Below, piece by piece: positions 37,571 through 52,065 of a stretch of 64,000 nt of DNA. Source of the DNA: Octopus sinensis (taxonomy: Eukaryota); assembly GCF_006345805.1 (NCBI RefSeq), contig NC_043017.1:12338001-12402000 (forward strand), in the 5' to 3' direction. Below the pieces are notes generated by a model that had not been told where the DNA came from, searched no databases, and saw only the letters and a program-made list of their open reading frames with translations. Within the stretch, counting starts at the first letter, position 1. Each line of letters starts with the position of its first letter. The translations under genes were made by a program, and so were the position numbers.

Positions 37571-37913
37571 TCCATCTATACATAAGCAAATATTGCGTTG
37601 TAGATAATGCGATGATTTATGAATTCGCAGAAATTTGTGAATGGCGTAATCTATTTACACTTTGGTTATTCGAAGATAAGTGGAACAGGATCTTAGAACA
37701 CGGACACACACACACACACAGATGGGCACACACACACAGATGGGCACACACACACACAGATGGGCACACACACACAGATGGGCACACACACACAGATGGG
37801 CACACACACACAGATGGGCACACACACACACACAGAGACGGGCACACACACACACACCACACACACACACACACAAACAGACAGGCACACACACACACAC
37901 TTATGCAAGTATG

Positions 37914-37947
<34 letters not shown>

Positions 37948-38041
37948 TGTCTGGAGTCGCGTAGATATGTGTTTAAGATATTGAACTCATGATCGAAAGA
38001 TTCTGGTTTCGATTCCTGTCCCTTTTTGTATCACCTAGTTG

Positions 38042-38141
38042 NNNNNNNNNNNNNNNNNNNNNNNNNNNNNNNNNNNNNNNNNNNNNNNNNNNNNNNNNNN
38101 NNNNNNNNNNNNNNNNNNNNNNNNNNNNNNNNNNNNNNNNN
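38042..38141. other. Assembly gap (100 N)
   Basis: Direct reading. Confidence 1.
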
Positions 38142-38469
38142 ACATAGAGAGAGAGAGAGAGGGGGGGGGAAGGAGTTCCGTTAGCAAGATAAAATAATTT
38201 TGGCGCAAATATTATTATTGTTATTATTATTATTATATTTATTATTATATCTATTTTTCCCTCTCTTCACTCACGTCTCTTTGATTGTCCGCGCTGCAGA
38301 TGGGTAGCCTTGGTGATGGAACAGAAGTCGCTAAAGTAGGTGATCGATATATTCAACGAAGATTGATATATCGGTAGCAATTACTGGATTTCTTCGTCTC
38401 TTGCAGAGATCTGATAGCAAATTACAGCGCCATTATCATTGGTCAATATTGGATTTTTAAAATGTTGCA

Positions 38470-39560
<1,091 letters not shown>

Positions 39561-39985
39561 AACTGTTTCTGATTTCTTTTTACCATTCCTAAAGAAGTTT
39601 CAATCGAGAAATTACAGCAATTTACAATAATGCATTTTTAAAACGTGAAATATTTAAACAAATGAAATAAAATAAAAGGAAATAAACAAATTTGAAATCA
39701 ATAACAACACGAATGAATATATATATATATGTATTTGTGTATGTGTGCGTGCGTGTATGTGTGTATATGTGTGTGTGTGTATGTGTGTTGTACATGTAAT
39801 AAAGTGATTTCTTTCGAGAACGTTCCCTTCCTATATATATTTAAACCAACTTGCAACTCGTTGGCAAAAATGTGTTGATTGTAATGGTACTTTGAGGAAC
39901 AAGATTTCCTCATTTTTGAAATATATTGTGATGGATTTCATGTTTCAAAAAGTTGCTTCTTTTTTACTCAGCCTTAATATATATA

Positions 39986-40114
39986 TAGGCGCAGGAGTGG
40001 GTTCAGCCCTACTGCGTGGCACCTTTGTCAGGTATCGTATCGTCTACGATAGCCTCGGGCCGACCAAAGTCTTTGTGAATGGATTTGGCAGACGGAAACT
40101 GAAAGAAGCCCATC

Positions 40115-40155
<41 letters not shown>

Positions 40156-40280
40156 TATATATGTTTGTGTGTCTGTGTTTGTCCCCCTAGCATTGCTTGA
40201 CAACCGATGCTGGTGTGTTTACGTCCCCGTCACTTAGCGGTTCGGCAAAAGAGACCGATAGAATAAGTACTGGGCTTACT
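39986..40280 (+). mobile_element. SINE family A with deletions
   Basis: Head and body match. Confidence 0.8.
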
Positions 40281-40287
40281 GAAAGTA

Positions 40288-40841
40288 CTTGGTCAGCTGA
40301 AAGTAGTTTTGGCACAAACTTGGCAGAGATGCGTCTCATACCCAAATCTTCAGTAATAATGGACTGAACTAAACCATAACTAATCTGCTCATCCTCTGAT
40401 AACTCACGGTTGGTGATTCGACGATTTGCCCTCACAGCTGCACTCACATCAACGATGTTTTTCTCAGTTCTTCTGGTTGCGGGTTTCACAGAACGTTCGT
40501 CTATATCGACATGTTTTCGACCATCTTGGAATCGTCCGAAACACTCGTACACTTGTGTGTGGCTCATACACTCCTCTCCATACACTTTCTGAAGCTTTGT
40601 GTTGGTTTCTGAGCAGGTATCGCCACGACAACTTTCTCTGACGTGGTCAATGCGATGATCACACGCTACACGCGTTCCTTCCAAACACTGCTATAAACAG
40701 CAGAAGCGAGCTATAACGTTAAAACTTAGTGCGCATGCACAGCAGAGTTCAAGGTCAATTTTTGCCAAGCGGGCTTTATTCTGCGTGCTTTAACTTCGTT
40801 AATATTGCGACAAGTCGGATACTTATTGATCAAACCTCGTA
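40288..40841 (-). mobile_element. 5' half of a third mariner family
   Basis: TIR TACGAGGTTTGATCAATAAGTATCCG; KLQKVYGEECMS...RITNRELSE...LGMRRISAKFVPKLLS. Confidence 0.85.
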
Positions 40842-40953
40842 TAGCTGTTAAAATATGATGTCGGTGTTATTATCCATTTTTACGTAATTTAGACGACAGT
40901 TTATTCAACGCACCCTGCATATATGCATATATATATATACATACATACATACA

Positions 40954-40992
<39 letters not shown>

Positions 40993-41231
40993 CTAGTCTA
41001 ACATTCCCTAAAATATCTGCTCATTAATCTGAATTAATCAACTAATAAACTGGCTGAGGCTTATGAAACCAATATGCCCATAATTCACTCTGACAAGCCG
41101 TTATCTTGGCGTCTGTTCTTCATCGAACTCCTGTCATTGTAAAACTAATTAGTTGCTGTTTCTATCCCGGTTTTTACACACATTAAATCATATCTCCCTA
41201 CCTGGGTAATTCGATATTTCTGGCTTTAACG

Positions 41232-41420
41232 ATAGTGAAAATCGCGTGTCTTGGTGTTTAGGGTGTTGTACTCACAATCGCAGGACCAGGGGTTCGAATC
41301 CCGGTTCGGATGTTGCGTTGTGTTGTGCCCCTGAGTAAAACGCTTCCTTTCAAGTTGCACCGATCCATTCAACTGTAAGTGACTAACTCTGCGGACAGGC
41401 TGTTGTCCCATTCAGGGAAG
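41232..41420 (-). mobile_element. Diverged family D-like SINE
   Basis: GGGATTCGAACCCC B box and CORE-like segment. Confidence 0.55.
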
Positions 41421-41514
41421 AATGTTGTCATTTCGGTCTTTTATACGCCATAGAAATAGGGTGACCGGGCTCTATGAGTCCAAGAGCTACAGACAGAAAT
41501 GTCAAGGCGTTACT

Positions 41515-42245
41515 CTTTTACGCTTTTACTCGTTTCAGTCATTTGACTGTGGCCATGCTGGAGCACCGCCTTTAGCCGAGCAAATCAACCCCAGTACTTA
41601 TTCTTTGTAAGCCTAGTACTTATTCTATCGGTCTCTTTTACCGAAATGCTAAGTTACGGGAACGTAAACACACCAGCATCGGTTGTCAAGCGATGTTGGG
41701 GGGACAAACATAGACACACAAACACACACACATACATATATATTACAATATATGACGGGTTCTTCATTTCTTTTTTACCAAATACACTCAGAAGGCTTTG
41801 GTCGGCCCGAGCTATAGTAGAAGACACTTGCTCAAGTGCCACAATGTGGGACTGAAACCGGAAACCATGTGGTTGGTAAGCAAGCTACTTACCACACAGC
41901 ACTCCTGCGCCTATATATATATATATATATATACTCTTTACTCTTTACTCTTTTACTTGTTTCAGTCATTTGACTGCGGCCATGCTGGAGCACCGCCTTT
42001 AATCAAGCAACTTGACCCCGGGACTTATTCGGTTGTCAAGGAATGCTACGGGGACAAACACAGACACACAAACACACACATATATATATACATTTATACA
42101 ACGGGCTTCTTTCAGTTTCTGTCTACCAAATCCACTCACAAGGCTTTGGTCGGCCCGAGGCTATAGTAGAAGACACTTGCCCAAGGTGCCACGCAGTGGG
42201 ACTGAACCCGGAACCATGTGGTTGGTAAGCAAGCTACTTACCACA
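41515..42245 (-). mobile_element. Two tandem SINE family A copies
   Basis: 41515-41910 and 41930-42245. Confidence 0.85.
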
Positions 42246-42399
42246 CAACAACTCGTAGACGATGTCCAAGGGATTCACCAGCGCCAAAGCATTTTGAAAC
42301 TTTAAGGCAGCGAAGTGACAGAATTCCTACTGCGTCAGACAGAATGCTTTGTGGTATTCATTCTGACTACACAAAATCACACACATACACACACACACA

Positions 42400-42437
<38 letters not shown>

Positions 42438-42744
42438 TTCATGCGTACATACATACGTACATACATACATGCACACATACATATACAAGACTTTTCTCAA
42501 GTTTAAAATGTGACATTGTTTTCGTTCATCTACATTCCAAACATGGAACTTGGTATCTTTGTTAGAAACCAGCTCCTTCCTCAGAGGAAGAATGGAAATA
42601 ATTACAAACAGAAGAGAACATACATACATACATGCATGCATACATACATACATACATACATACATACATAAATACATACACAAACACATACATACATACA
42701 TACATACATACATACATACATACATACATACATACATACATACA

Positions 42745-42798
42745 TAAGAACCCTTGGATTTGGTAGACGGAAACTGAAAGAAGCCCGTCGTATATATG

Positions 42799-42830
<32 letters not shown>

Positions 42831-43055
42831 GTATGTGTGTGTGTTTGTGTGTCTGTGCTTGCCCCCCACCTCCAACATCGTTTGACAACCGATGCTGGTG
42901 TGTTTACGTCCCCGTAACTTAGCGGTTCGGCAAAAGATTCAGATAGAATAAGTATTAGGCTTCCAAAGAATAAGTCCTGGGGTTGATTTACTCGACTGAA
43001 GTAGTGCTCCATCATGGCCGCAGTCAAATGACTGAAACAAGTAAAAGAGTAAAAC
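42745..43055 (+). mobile_element. SINE family A, 5'-truncated
   Basis: Body and tail match. Confidence 0.8.
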
Positions 43056-43099
43056 GAGTAATGACATACGCACGCACGCACGCATTCACATATATGATA

Positions 43100-43487
43100 T
43101 GGAAGCACTCCGTCGGTTGCGACGACGAGGGTTCCGGCTGATCCGAATCAACGGAACAGCCTGCTCGTGAAATTAAGGCGTAAGTGGCTGAGCACTCCAC
43201 AGACACGTGTACCCTTAACGTAGTTCTCGGGGATATTCAGCGTGACACAGAGAGTGACAAGGCCGGCCCTTTGAAATACAGGTACAACAGAAACAGGAAG
43301 TAAGAGTGAGAGAAAGTTGTGGTGTGAAAGAGTACAGCAGGGATCACCACACCATCCCCTGTCGGAGCCTCGTGGAGTTTAGGTGTTTTCGCTCAATAAA
43401 CACTCACAACGCCCGGTCTGGGAATCGAAACCGCGATCCTATGGCCGCGAGTCCGCTGCCCTAACCACTGGGCCATTGCGCCTCCAC
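43100..43487 (-). mobile_element. SINE family C
   Basis: TSD CATATATGATA at 43089-43099 and 43488-43498. Confidence 0.9.
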
Positions 43488-43931
43488 CATATATGATAAA
43501 CCTTCATCTCGTAGACGACAGATGAGGCTTTTGAAATTTCTCGCTGGACACCCTGAACGGATGATTCGTTGATAGTGATCAAATGTTTGCGCTGTACGTT
43601 AGCTCACTCCTCGCATCAAAAATTGACATTACCTGTACAGGTGCGCGATGTGCCATATGTCAGATATGTCGAAGCGATTGCAGAGCAACGTGTAATGAAG
43701 TGCTTTGCTCACGAGCACCAGTAACTTAGCGGTTCGGTAAAAGAGACCGATAGAATAAGTACTAGGCTTACAAAGAATAAGTACTGGGGTTGATTTGCTC
43801 GGCTAAAGGCGGTGCTCCAGCATGGCCGCAGTCAAATGACTGAAACAAGTCTGGTGCAAGGATCGAAACCACGATGTCGCAATCGTGAGTGCAACGCCTT
43901 AATCACGAGGCCATATATATAATATATATAT

Positions 43932-43967
<36 letters not shown>

Positions 43968-44190
43968 GCACGTACGTATGTATGTATGTGTGTGTATGTA
44001 TGTACGCATGTGTGTGTATGAATGTATGCATACACTCACACACACACAAACACACACACCCACGCAGACAACACACATACACGCACACTTATACACATGC
44101 AACAAAAACCTTTAAATATATGGATGTGTTTATATTATATAATAAAACCCCACTTACAAACCATTTTCGCTCTCTTTACATATGTATATG

Positions 44191-44222
<32 letters not shown>

Positions 44223-45372
44223 TATCGGTTTTCGTTCCCACGTGTTTTAAAATACATTACCCAGAGCCGTTAATCTTTGATCTGTCTTTATCTGAAACGC
44301 ATTAACGGTTACTATCAGCTTAACTGGTATCTAATTCCCTGCAGACACGTTTTGTTGTTCTTGCTCTTCATATAATATCGAAAACGAATCCTTTATCAGG
44401 AAACATTGGAACCAAATACCAAATTTTTAACATCCATCATAAGGAGGGACAGTGAAAATCACTTCTCTTTGTTCGTTTTTCATTTCTATTTTATTTCCAT
44501 TTTATTAGATTTTTGTTTATTTATTTATTTGTTTGAAACCTTATCCTCGATAGAAAAAAGCAACAGGGGAAAATACGACAGTTGAAGGTTTTATAAGAGA
44601 AATAGCTTTCTGCACGATATTTGTCGTCTGCTGGTCGAGGAGGATGTAACGTTAAACAGCATGACTGAGGAACAATGGCCGCCGTGGAACATTTAAAATA
44701 TATATATATAGCTAAAAAAATTCTCACTGGTTTTAGCACAAAATCTGGGTATATCTTTCTAATTTATCTGGATCTGTTGCAGTGAAAGGAGAAAGGGTAT
44801 CGCCCATCATGAGCGAAATATATTTAAATCATAAAAGAAAAAAAGAAACCGAAAAAGTTGGCGAAATAGCAGCGTTCATCATAGACCAAGTATATATAAC
44901 ACGTAAAATTCCTACCAGTTTTAGCATATCTGAAAATAGTTTAATGAAAAGAGAAAAGGAAGACGATGCAAGTTTAAAATATTTTTTTTTAAATCCCTAC
45001 CAGTTTTGGTACCAAGTCTGAATATATTTTCGTGAAATAAGAAAGAGCAGCCCATATGGCTGCTGTAATGTTTAAAACTTAAAAACTTCCTATCATTTTA
45101 GGATCTATTTTTAGTGAAAAGAGAAATGATATTGCCCATCTTGTCTAAAACATGTATATCTAAAACATGTGTATCTATCATGTATATGTACCAGTTTTAC
45201 TACAAAATCTGGATACATTTTAGTGAAGGGGGATTTGATTGCTATTTCTAACGGGTGAAGTGACCCCATAAAAACGCTTCTGTGTTTCTGACGTACGCAC
45301 GCGCGCACACACGCACACACACACACACACTCATGTAAAAAAATTAAATTTTAAAACCTTTATTACTTGCGA

Positions 45373-45735
45373 GCAGGCGTGGCTGAGTGGTAAGAACTTT
45401 GCTTCGCAACCACATGGTTACGGGTTCAGTCCACTGTGTGACACCTTGGACAAGTGTCTTCTTCTATAACCTCAGACTGGCCAAAGTCTTGTAAGTCGAT
45501 CTGGTAGACGGAAACTGAAAGAAGCCTGTCGTGTGTGTGTGTGTGTCTTTGTGTTTGTCACCCACCACCGCTGATGGTATGCTATTCTTCCGTAACTTAG
45601 CGGTTAGACAAAAGGCACCGATAGAATAAGCACTAGGCTTTAAATAAATAGGTACAGGGGTCAATTCATTCGACTAGAAATGCTTCAAGGCGTGCCCCAG
45701 TATGACCGCAGTCTAATGAATGAAACAAGCAAAAG
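45373..45735 (+). mobile_element. Diverged SINE family A
   Basis: Head, body and tail recognisable. Confidence 0.75.
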
Positions 45736-45814
45736 ATAACAGATGTATGTGTGTGTGTGTGTGTGAGTGTGTGAAGACAGACAGGCAGACAGAAAGACAA
45801 ATAAATAGACAGAC

Positions 45815-45854
<40 letters not shown>

Positions 45855-45856
<2 letters not shown>

Positions 45857-46430
45857 GTTTCTTTATTGGCCACACAGGGCTGCACACAGATGGGACAAGT
45901 TACAAGGTAGAGCTTTTCTTTTGGGGGATGAAAAAACAAAAAAACAAAAACAAAAGAAACAAAAAAAAGGTGGCGTAGGTTTTCGATCAATAGGGATCGT
46001 AAAAGGGAAAAAAAGAACAAAAAATAAAATAATAAAAAAAAAGGAAAAGGAACAAAAGAAAAGAGAAATGAAGAAAAAGGGAAGAGATAGGTAGGTAGGT
46101 AGGTAGGTAAGTAGGTAGGTAGGCAGGTAGGTAGGTAGATGATCATACAGAGTCAACCAATTGACCAGAATGACTGCAAAAAGGGAGGCAGATCGGCCAG
46201 ACAGAGGTTCGTCAAACAAAGCTTACTACTTTCTGCTCACAGTCCTTAAGTTCATCTAAAAGTGAGCTGCAGAGACAAACCAGGGATAACATGTTGACCA
46301 GATGGACCTTCAGGTACGCAACGAGCCGGGTTATAGAGACAGGTCGACAGAGAGGAGAGAGAGAGAGAGTGGAGGAACGTGAGAAAAAGTAAGATAGACA
46401 GACCAAAAAACCATGTAGACAAATCAACAT
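45855..46430 (-). mobile_element. Probable L1/Tx1 3' end
   Basis: Ends TTGTCCCATCTGTGTGCAGCCCTGTGTGGCCAATAAAGAAA plus (CTAT)n, similar to the 33287 tail; weak LVAYLKVHL remnant. Confidence 0.45.
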
Positions 46431-46943
46431 TGAGACGGATGATGAGATAGAGACAATTTTTTTTTCTTTACGAAAATTGTTTTGCCGGAAATATAGATTT
46501 TAATAAATGGATGTTTTCTCTGACGACACCAACATTGACGTCGTAAATAATTAATTAATTAAGCCATACAAACAGTGGTTTTCCTGTAATTAAATAGCGT
46601 TTGTTCTAAACAGTCTCGTGTAATTGTAAGAATGGACGGACGAGGTTTCGAGTTCACTCAAGTGATGATGAATCAACACTGGTTTTCTGAACTCGCACGC
46701 CCTCATGTTCGCACGCCCTCACGTTCGCAAGCACACACACACACACACACACCACACACACACACACACACACCACACACACACACACGTTCTCTCTCTC
46801 TCTCTCTCTCTCTCTCCGTTTCTATTTCTCTTTCTTTTTTCTCTCTTCTTTCTCCTCTCTTACTATCTCTATGTCTCTCACTCGCTTTCCTATTTCCTCT
46901 CCCTATCTATTTGCTTCTCTCTTTCCTATCTTCTCACGTCCTC

Positions 46944-46980
<37 letters not shown>

Positions 46981-47137
46981 ACTCTCATTTTCTTTTATAT
47001 TCTTTCTCTCTTTCCTCGTTTTCACTCTTTCACTCCGTTCCTCTCTTTACCCTTTTTACTCTTTTCCTCCCTCTCACTCTGCCAGTCAACCTGTCAGTCT
47101 GTTTGTCACTCTCCCTCTCTTTCCCTCACCCCTCTCC

Positions 47138-47185
<48 letters not shown>

Positions 47186-47242
47186 GTAGATGTGTCTGCA
47201 CTGAGTGATGCTGACAAGTTGAGAGTTCATCAGTAAATTTGA

Positions 47243-47360
47243 ATCACTGAATGTTCTGCTCCATTGCACTTGACTCACTGAGTGTTCCACTCCATTGGAC
47301 TTCATCACACAGCGTATTCTGCTCCATTGGATTCTCAATCACCGAATGTTCTGCTCCAGT
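47243..47360 (+). repeat. Degenerate ~31-bp tandem repeat, 4 units
   Basis: Units resembling GAATCACTGAATGTTCTGCTCCATTG. Confidence 0.7.
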
Positions 47361-47534
47361 GATTCCCTCCATTTCAATATATACTTGACCACTTCTAACT
47401 CAGTTAATAGAGGCGACTGGCTATTCTTCGCCGATGAGATCTAACATGACTGAAACATGCCTGTTATTTCCACCAGTTAGTCTTAAAGACCTCCACATCT
47501 CATAGCGGAATTGTCTTTAGTTCGTCTTTTTTCT

Positions 47535-47920
47535 TTTACTTATTTCAGTCATTAGACGTGGCCATGCTGGGGCAGCGTCTTGAATTTTTAGTCGAATGAA
47601 TCAACCCTAGTACTTCTTTTCTTTTTAGAAGTGGTATTTATTCTATCGGTCGCTTTTGCCGAGCCGCTAGGTTACAGAGACTCAAACACACTAACGGTTC
47701 TCAAGTGGTGGTGGTGGTGGTGGAGGGGGACAAATACGGACCCAAACACACGCACATACACACACACACATACACATACAAGTGACTTCTTTCAATTTCC
47801 GTCAACGAAATTCATTCACAAGCTTTTGATCTGCCCGAGGCTATAGTATATATATATATACTTCCAAGGTGCCACGTAGTCGGACTGAACCCAGAACCGC
47901 GTGATTGGGAAGCAACAAAT
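47535..47920 (-). mobile_element. Diverged SINE family A
   Basis: Recognisable body. Confidence 0.7.
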
Positions 47921-48019
47921 ACACACACACACACACACACGTATATAGATACATATATTCATACAATCGTCTACCAAGTCCATTCAGAGGGCTTTCGGTT
48001 GACCTGGAACTATAATAGA

Positions 48020-48250
48020 AGGCGGCGAGCTGGCAGAAACGTTAGCACGCCGGGCGAAATGCGTAGCCGTATTTCGTCTGCCGTTACATTCTGGGTTCAA
48101 ATTCCGCCGAGGTCGACTTGCATTTTTATCCTTCGGGGGTCGGTAAAATAAGTACCAGTTACGCACTGGGGTCGATGTAATCGACTTAATCCGTTTGTCT
48201 GTCCTTGTTTGTCCCCTCTATGTTTAGCCCCTTGTGGGTAATAAATAAAC
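48020..48250 (+). mobile_element. SINE family B nested in a family A remnant
   Basis: TSD TATAATAGAAGGC at 48011-48023 and 48252-48264. Confidence 0.85.
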
Positions 48251-49013
48251 ATATAATAGAAGGCATTTGTGCAAGGCACTGAGCAGTGGGACTGAACCCA
48301 GACCTCATGGTTGGTAAGCAAGCTTCTAACCAAACTACTACACCAGTACCTATATATATCAATAGCCTTTGAAAATGCGCGCGTGTGCGTGTGTGTGCGC
48401 ACGTTTCGCGTGCATGTTTGTTTCCTAATTTCCTTCTTAATCCTGGTTGCCTTTGGGCCTTTGTAGGCAAAAATGAAAATATCAATAAATTAATTGCAAC
48501 AGCATAAACAAAAACTGCATTATCTTAAGGTCGGTCTTTATGCGTCTTGAGTGAAGTGAACCTGGTAGCAGCTGGATTAGAAACCCGAAATGCAAAGAGA
48601 AATGGCATCATTATCGCAAAAAAAAAAAACAAAAAAAAATTTATTAAACCATGTTTCAAGCTTACGGCAACTCGACGTTAATTATATTTATTTTAAAACA
48701 CGTGTTATGGCAATATACGCGCCACACAATACAGCATAACACAATACAATGTAATCTGTGGCAATTACAAAACGTTTCGTATTGCTCCACAATATAATAG
48801 AAATATTAACAATTATAAATTCATTCCTTTTTATTTCGTTTTTGCCTTTATTTCATTTCATTCCATGGCAGATGAGCGTCTGCTGCTTTGATGGAGGAGA
48901 AGCTACGAGCTGTTGGAACAAGTAATATTTCTTGGATAATAACTCTTTCGCTCTTGTAACAAGTAGATCATCATCAATCATCATCATCATCATCATCATC
49001 ATTATTATTATTA

Positions 49014-49050
<37 letters not shown>

Positions 49051-49479
49051 GTTGTTGTTGTTGTTGTTGTTGTTATTATGTGAATAAGGTGAAGCCATAT
49101 TAATGATGAAAGTCAATTCTACAACAACGAATATAAAATGGTGGACGGTGGATGTTGGGTTGTTATAAGTTGCGAAAAAATATAAATAGTTCTTCTTCGG
49201 AAAATGCCAACGGCTGCGTGCGCATGCGTGCTTGAGGTTTCTGGTTTTCTTTTTGTTAGTTCTTATTGTTTTGCTTTATTTTTTTGTTGTTGTTGTTTCT
49301 GTGTGCATTTTATTATAATTCATTGTCTTTTTTGCTTTGTTTAACTACCTATGTTGTTTTCTTTTTTGTTTTATTTCTTTTCTTTTTCTTTTTCTTTTTT
49401 TTTTTTTCGAGTCGAAACAACTTTAAATAAGCGCAACGTGACTTGCCTGCTTCAGTTCGGATTGAACCCGACTCATTGG

Positions 49480-50175
49480 ACACCACCACCACCACTACCT
49501 CTACTGCCACCACAGCAACACCACGTCACAAGCAGCAGTCACCAGCACCACTACAACCTATACTAACACCGGCACCACAACAATCACAACTACCGGCACC
49601 ACTACAACCTAAACCCTCAGCGCCACCACAAGGACTACTACCACTGGCACCACTACAACCACAACCACCAGCACCACTACAAGCACATCTACCACCAGCA
49701 CCACTACAACCAGCACCACTACAACCACTACTACCACCTGTACAACTACTACCACAACCACAACCACCAGCACCACTACTGCCACTACTACCACCAACAC
49801 CACTACAACCACATCTACTACCAGCACCACTACAGCCTAAACTACCAGCAGTACTGCAACCACTACAACCACTTCTACCACCAGCAAAACTACTACCACA
49901 ACTAAAACCACCAGAACCACTACAACCACAACCACCAGCACCACTACAACCACAACCACCAGCACTACTACTACCAACCCTATCACCACAACCACTACTA
50001 CCATCAGCACGACTACTACCAGCACCACAACAATCACTACTCCAACAAGCACCTCTACAACCACTTCTACAACCAGCATCACTACCACAATCATAACCAC
50101 CACCACCACCATCATCACGGCCCATCGTACCACTGCTACCACCACTACCACCACCACCACCACCCCACCACCACC
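49480..50175. repeat. Degenerate CAC/ACC minisatellite (CCAGCACCACTACAACC units)
   Basis: Direct reading. Confidence 0.85.
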
Positions 50176-50567
50176 ACCTCTTCTCTACTCCTATTACTGC
50201 TACACAATGTATAACTATACTGCTTTAACGACAAGCTAATGATGACTGGATTAGAACGAGCTGTGAGGGGTGATGGTCGTGGGTGGCGAAGTAGTGGTGG
50301 TGCGAGCAGACATCGTTATTATTTTCCAAAACCTTACCGGTCTCTCTCTCTCTCTTTCCCACTCTCTCTCTCCTCTCTTCTTCTCCCTCTCTCTACTCCT
50401 CTTTCTACCCTATCGCCTCCCTCCCTCTAACCACGAGCCAATAAGGGTAGCCTCTGGGTGATTGCGTTCGACCTGCTAAACATCGTAGCTAAATCTCCCT
50501 CAAATCATCCCTACTAATATTTTCGACTAAAGCAGTTAACGTTAGTAAAATAATTAAAATAGTTAAC

Positions 50568-50730
50568 GCAGGTGTGGCTGTGTGGTAAGTAGTTTGCTAA
50601 CCAACCACATGGTTCCGGGTTCAGTCCCACTGCGTGGCACCTTGGGCAAGTGTCTTCTGCTATAGCCTCGGGCCGACCAGAGCCTTGTGAGTGGATTTGG
50701 TAGACGGAAACTGAAAGAAGCCTGTCGTAT
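50568..50730 (+). mobile_element. SINE family A 5' half
   Basis: Head and body match. Confidence 0.85.
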
Positions 50731-50923
50731 ATATGTATATATATATGTGTGTGTATGTGTGTGTGTTGTGTGTGTGTGTGTGTGTGTACTTGTGTGTGTG
50801 TGTGTGTATGTGTGTGTACTTATTAACTAATGTAGGTATGTACATATATGTAGGTATGTACATATATGCATGTATATTTGCATATATTTATATATTATTT
50901 ATATATATATATGTGTGTGTGTA

Positions 50924-50956
<33 letters not shown>

Positions 50957-51613
50957 GTGTACTTATTAACCAATGTAGGTATGTACATATATGCATGTAT
51001 ATTTGCATATATTTATATATTATTTATATATATGTGTGTGTGTGTGTGTGTACTTGTGTGTGTGTGTGTGTGTGTGTACTTGTGTGTGTGTGTGTGTGTG
51101 TATGTGTGTACGTGTGTGTGTACTTGTGTGTGTGTGTGTACTTATTAACCAATACATTATTTTTTAAGGTCAGTCGTTTGGTATAATCGTTTGAGCGCCG
51201 AGGAAAATGGTTTTCTTGTATCCTGGCCTTTTACATCCTGAGGTCAAATTTCACAGAGACCTGCTTTACTTTTCACCCTTTCAGGGTCGATAATATAAAG
51301 TACTGGGTCGATGATATCAATGAAAACTTCTCCCCCTCAAAACCGCTGGCCTGGTGCCTAATTCAAAAACCACTACACTGTTTTAAGCAGTTAACTATTT
51401 TATGTACACAAGAAATGAAGGCCAGATCACTGAGTGTGTTCTTTTTGAAGGCAGTACAGCATTATTTGAGGGGGACCTGGCTACTGTTTCTGTAGTAACT
51501 TGATGCCTGCTACACCTATATAGATAGACCAGACCTATGATCAAAGATGTTCCAGCTGCGACCGTCCCTTTTTTGCTATAGAGCCATATTAATTTATCCA
51601 GCGTGTCATTTTC

Positions 51614-52065
51614 GTGTTATTTGAGGGAGACTTGACTACTATTTCTATGATCTACAGTCTTCCAGTTGTGACCATCTTGTATATTTTGCCATGAGTAGGG
51701 GACTGAAGACCACATCTAGTGTTATTTGAGGGAGACTTGACTACTATTTCTATGATCTTCAGTCTTCCAGTTGTGACCATCTTGTATATTTTCCCATGAG
51801 TAGGGGACTGAAGACCACATCTAGTGTTATTTGAGGGAGACTTGACTACTATTTCTATGATCTTCAGTCTTCCAGTTGTGACCATCTTGTATATTTTCCC
51901 ATGAGTAGGGGACTGAAGACCACATCTAGTGTTATTTGAGGGAGACTTGACTACTATTTCTATGATCTTCAGTCTTCCAGTTGTGACCATCTTGTATATT
52001 TTCCTATGAGTAGGGGACTGAAGACCACATCTAGTGTTATTTGAGGGAGACTTGGCTACTCTTTC
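51614..52065 (+). repeat. 105-bp minisatellite, 4 units plus a partial unit
   Basis: Unit starts 51614, 51719, 51824, 51929, 52034. Confidence 0.95.

Noticed and set aside
49443-50125. Pro/Gln-rich 217-aa and Gly/Cys-rich 199-aa ORFs
   Set aside because: Degenerate CAC minisatellite; no convincing start, splice context or domain
51652-51990. 112-aa ORF with a 35-aa repeat
   Set aside because: Artefact of the 105-bp minisatellite
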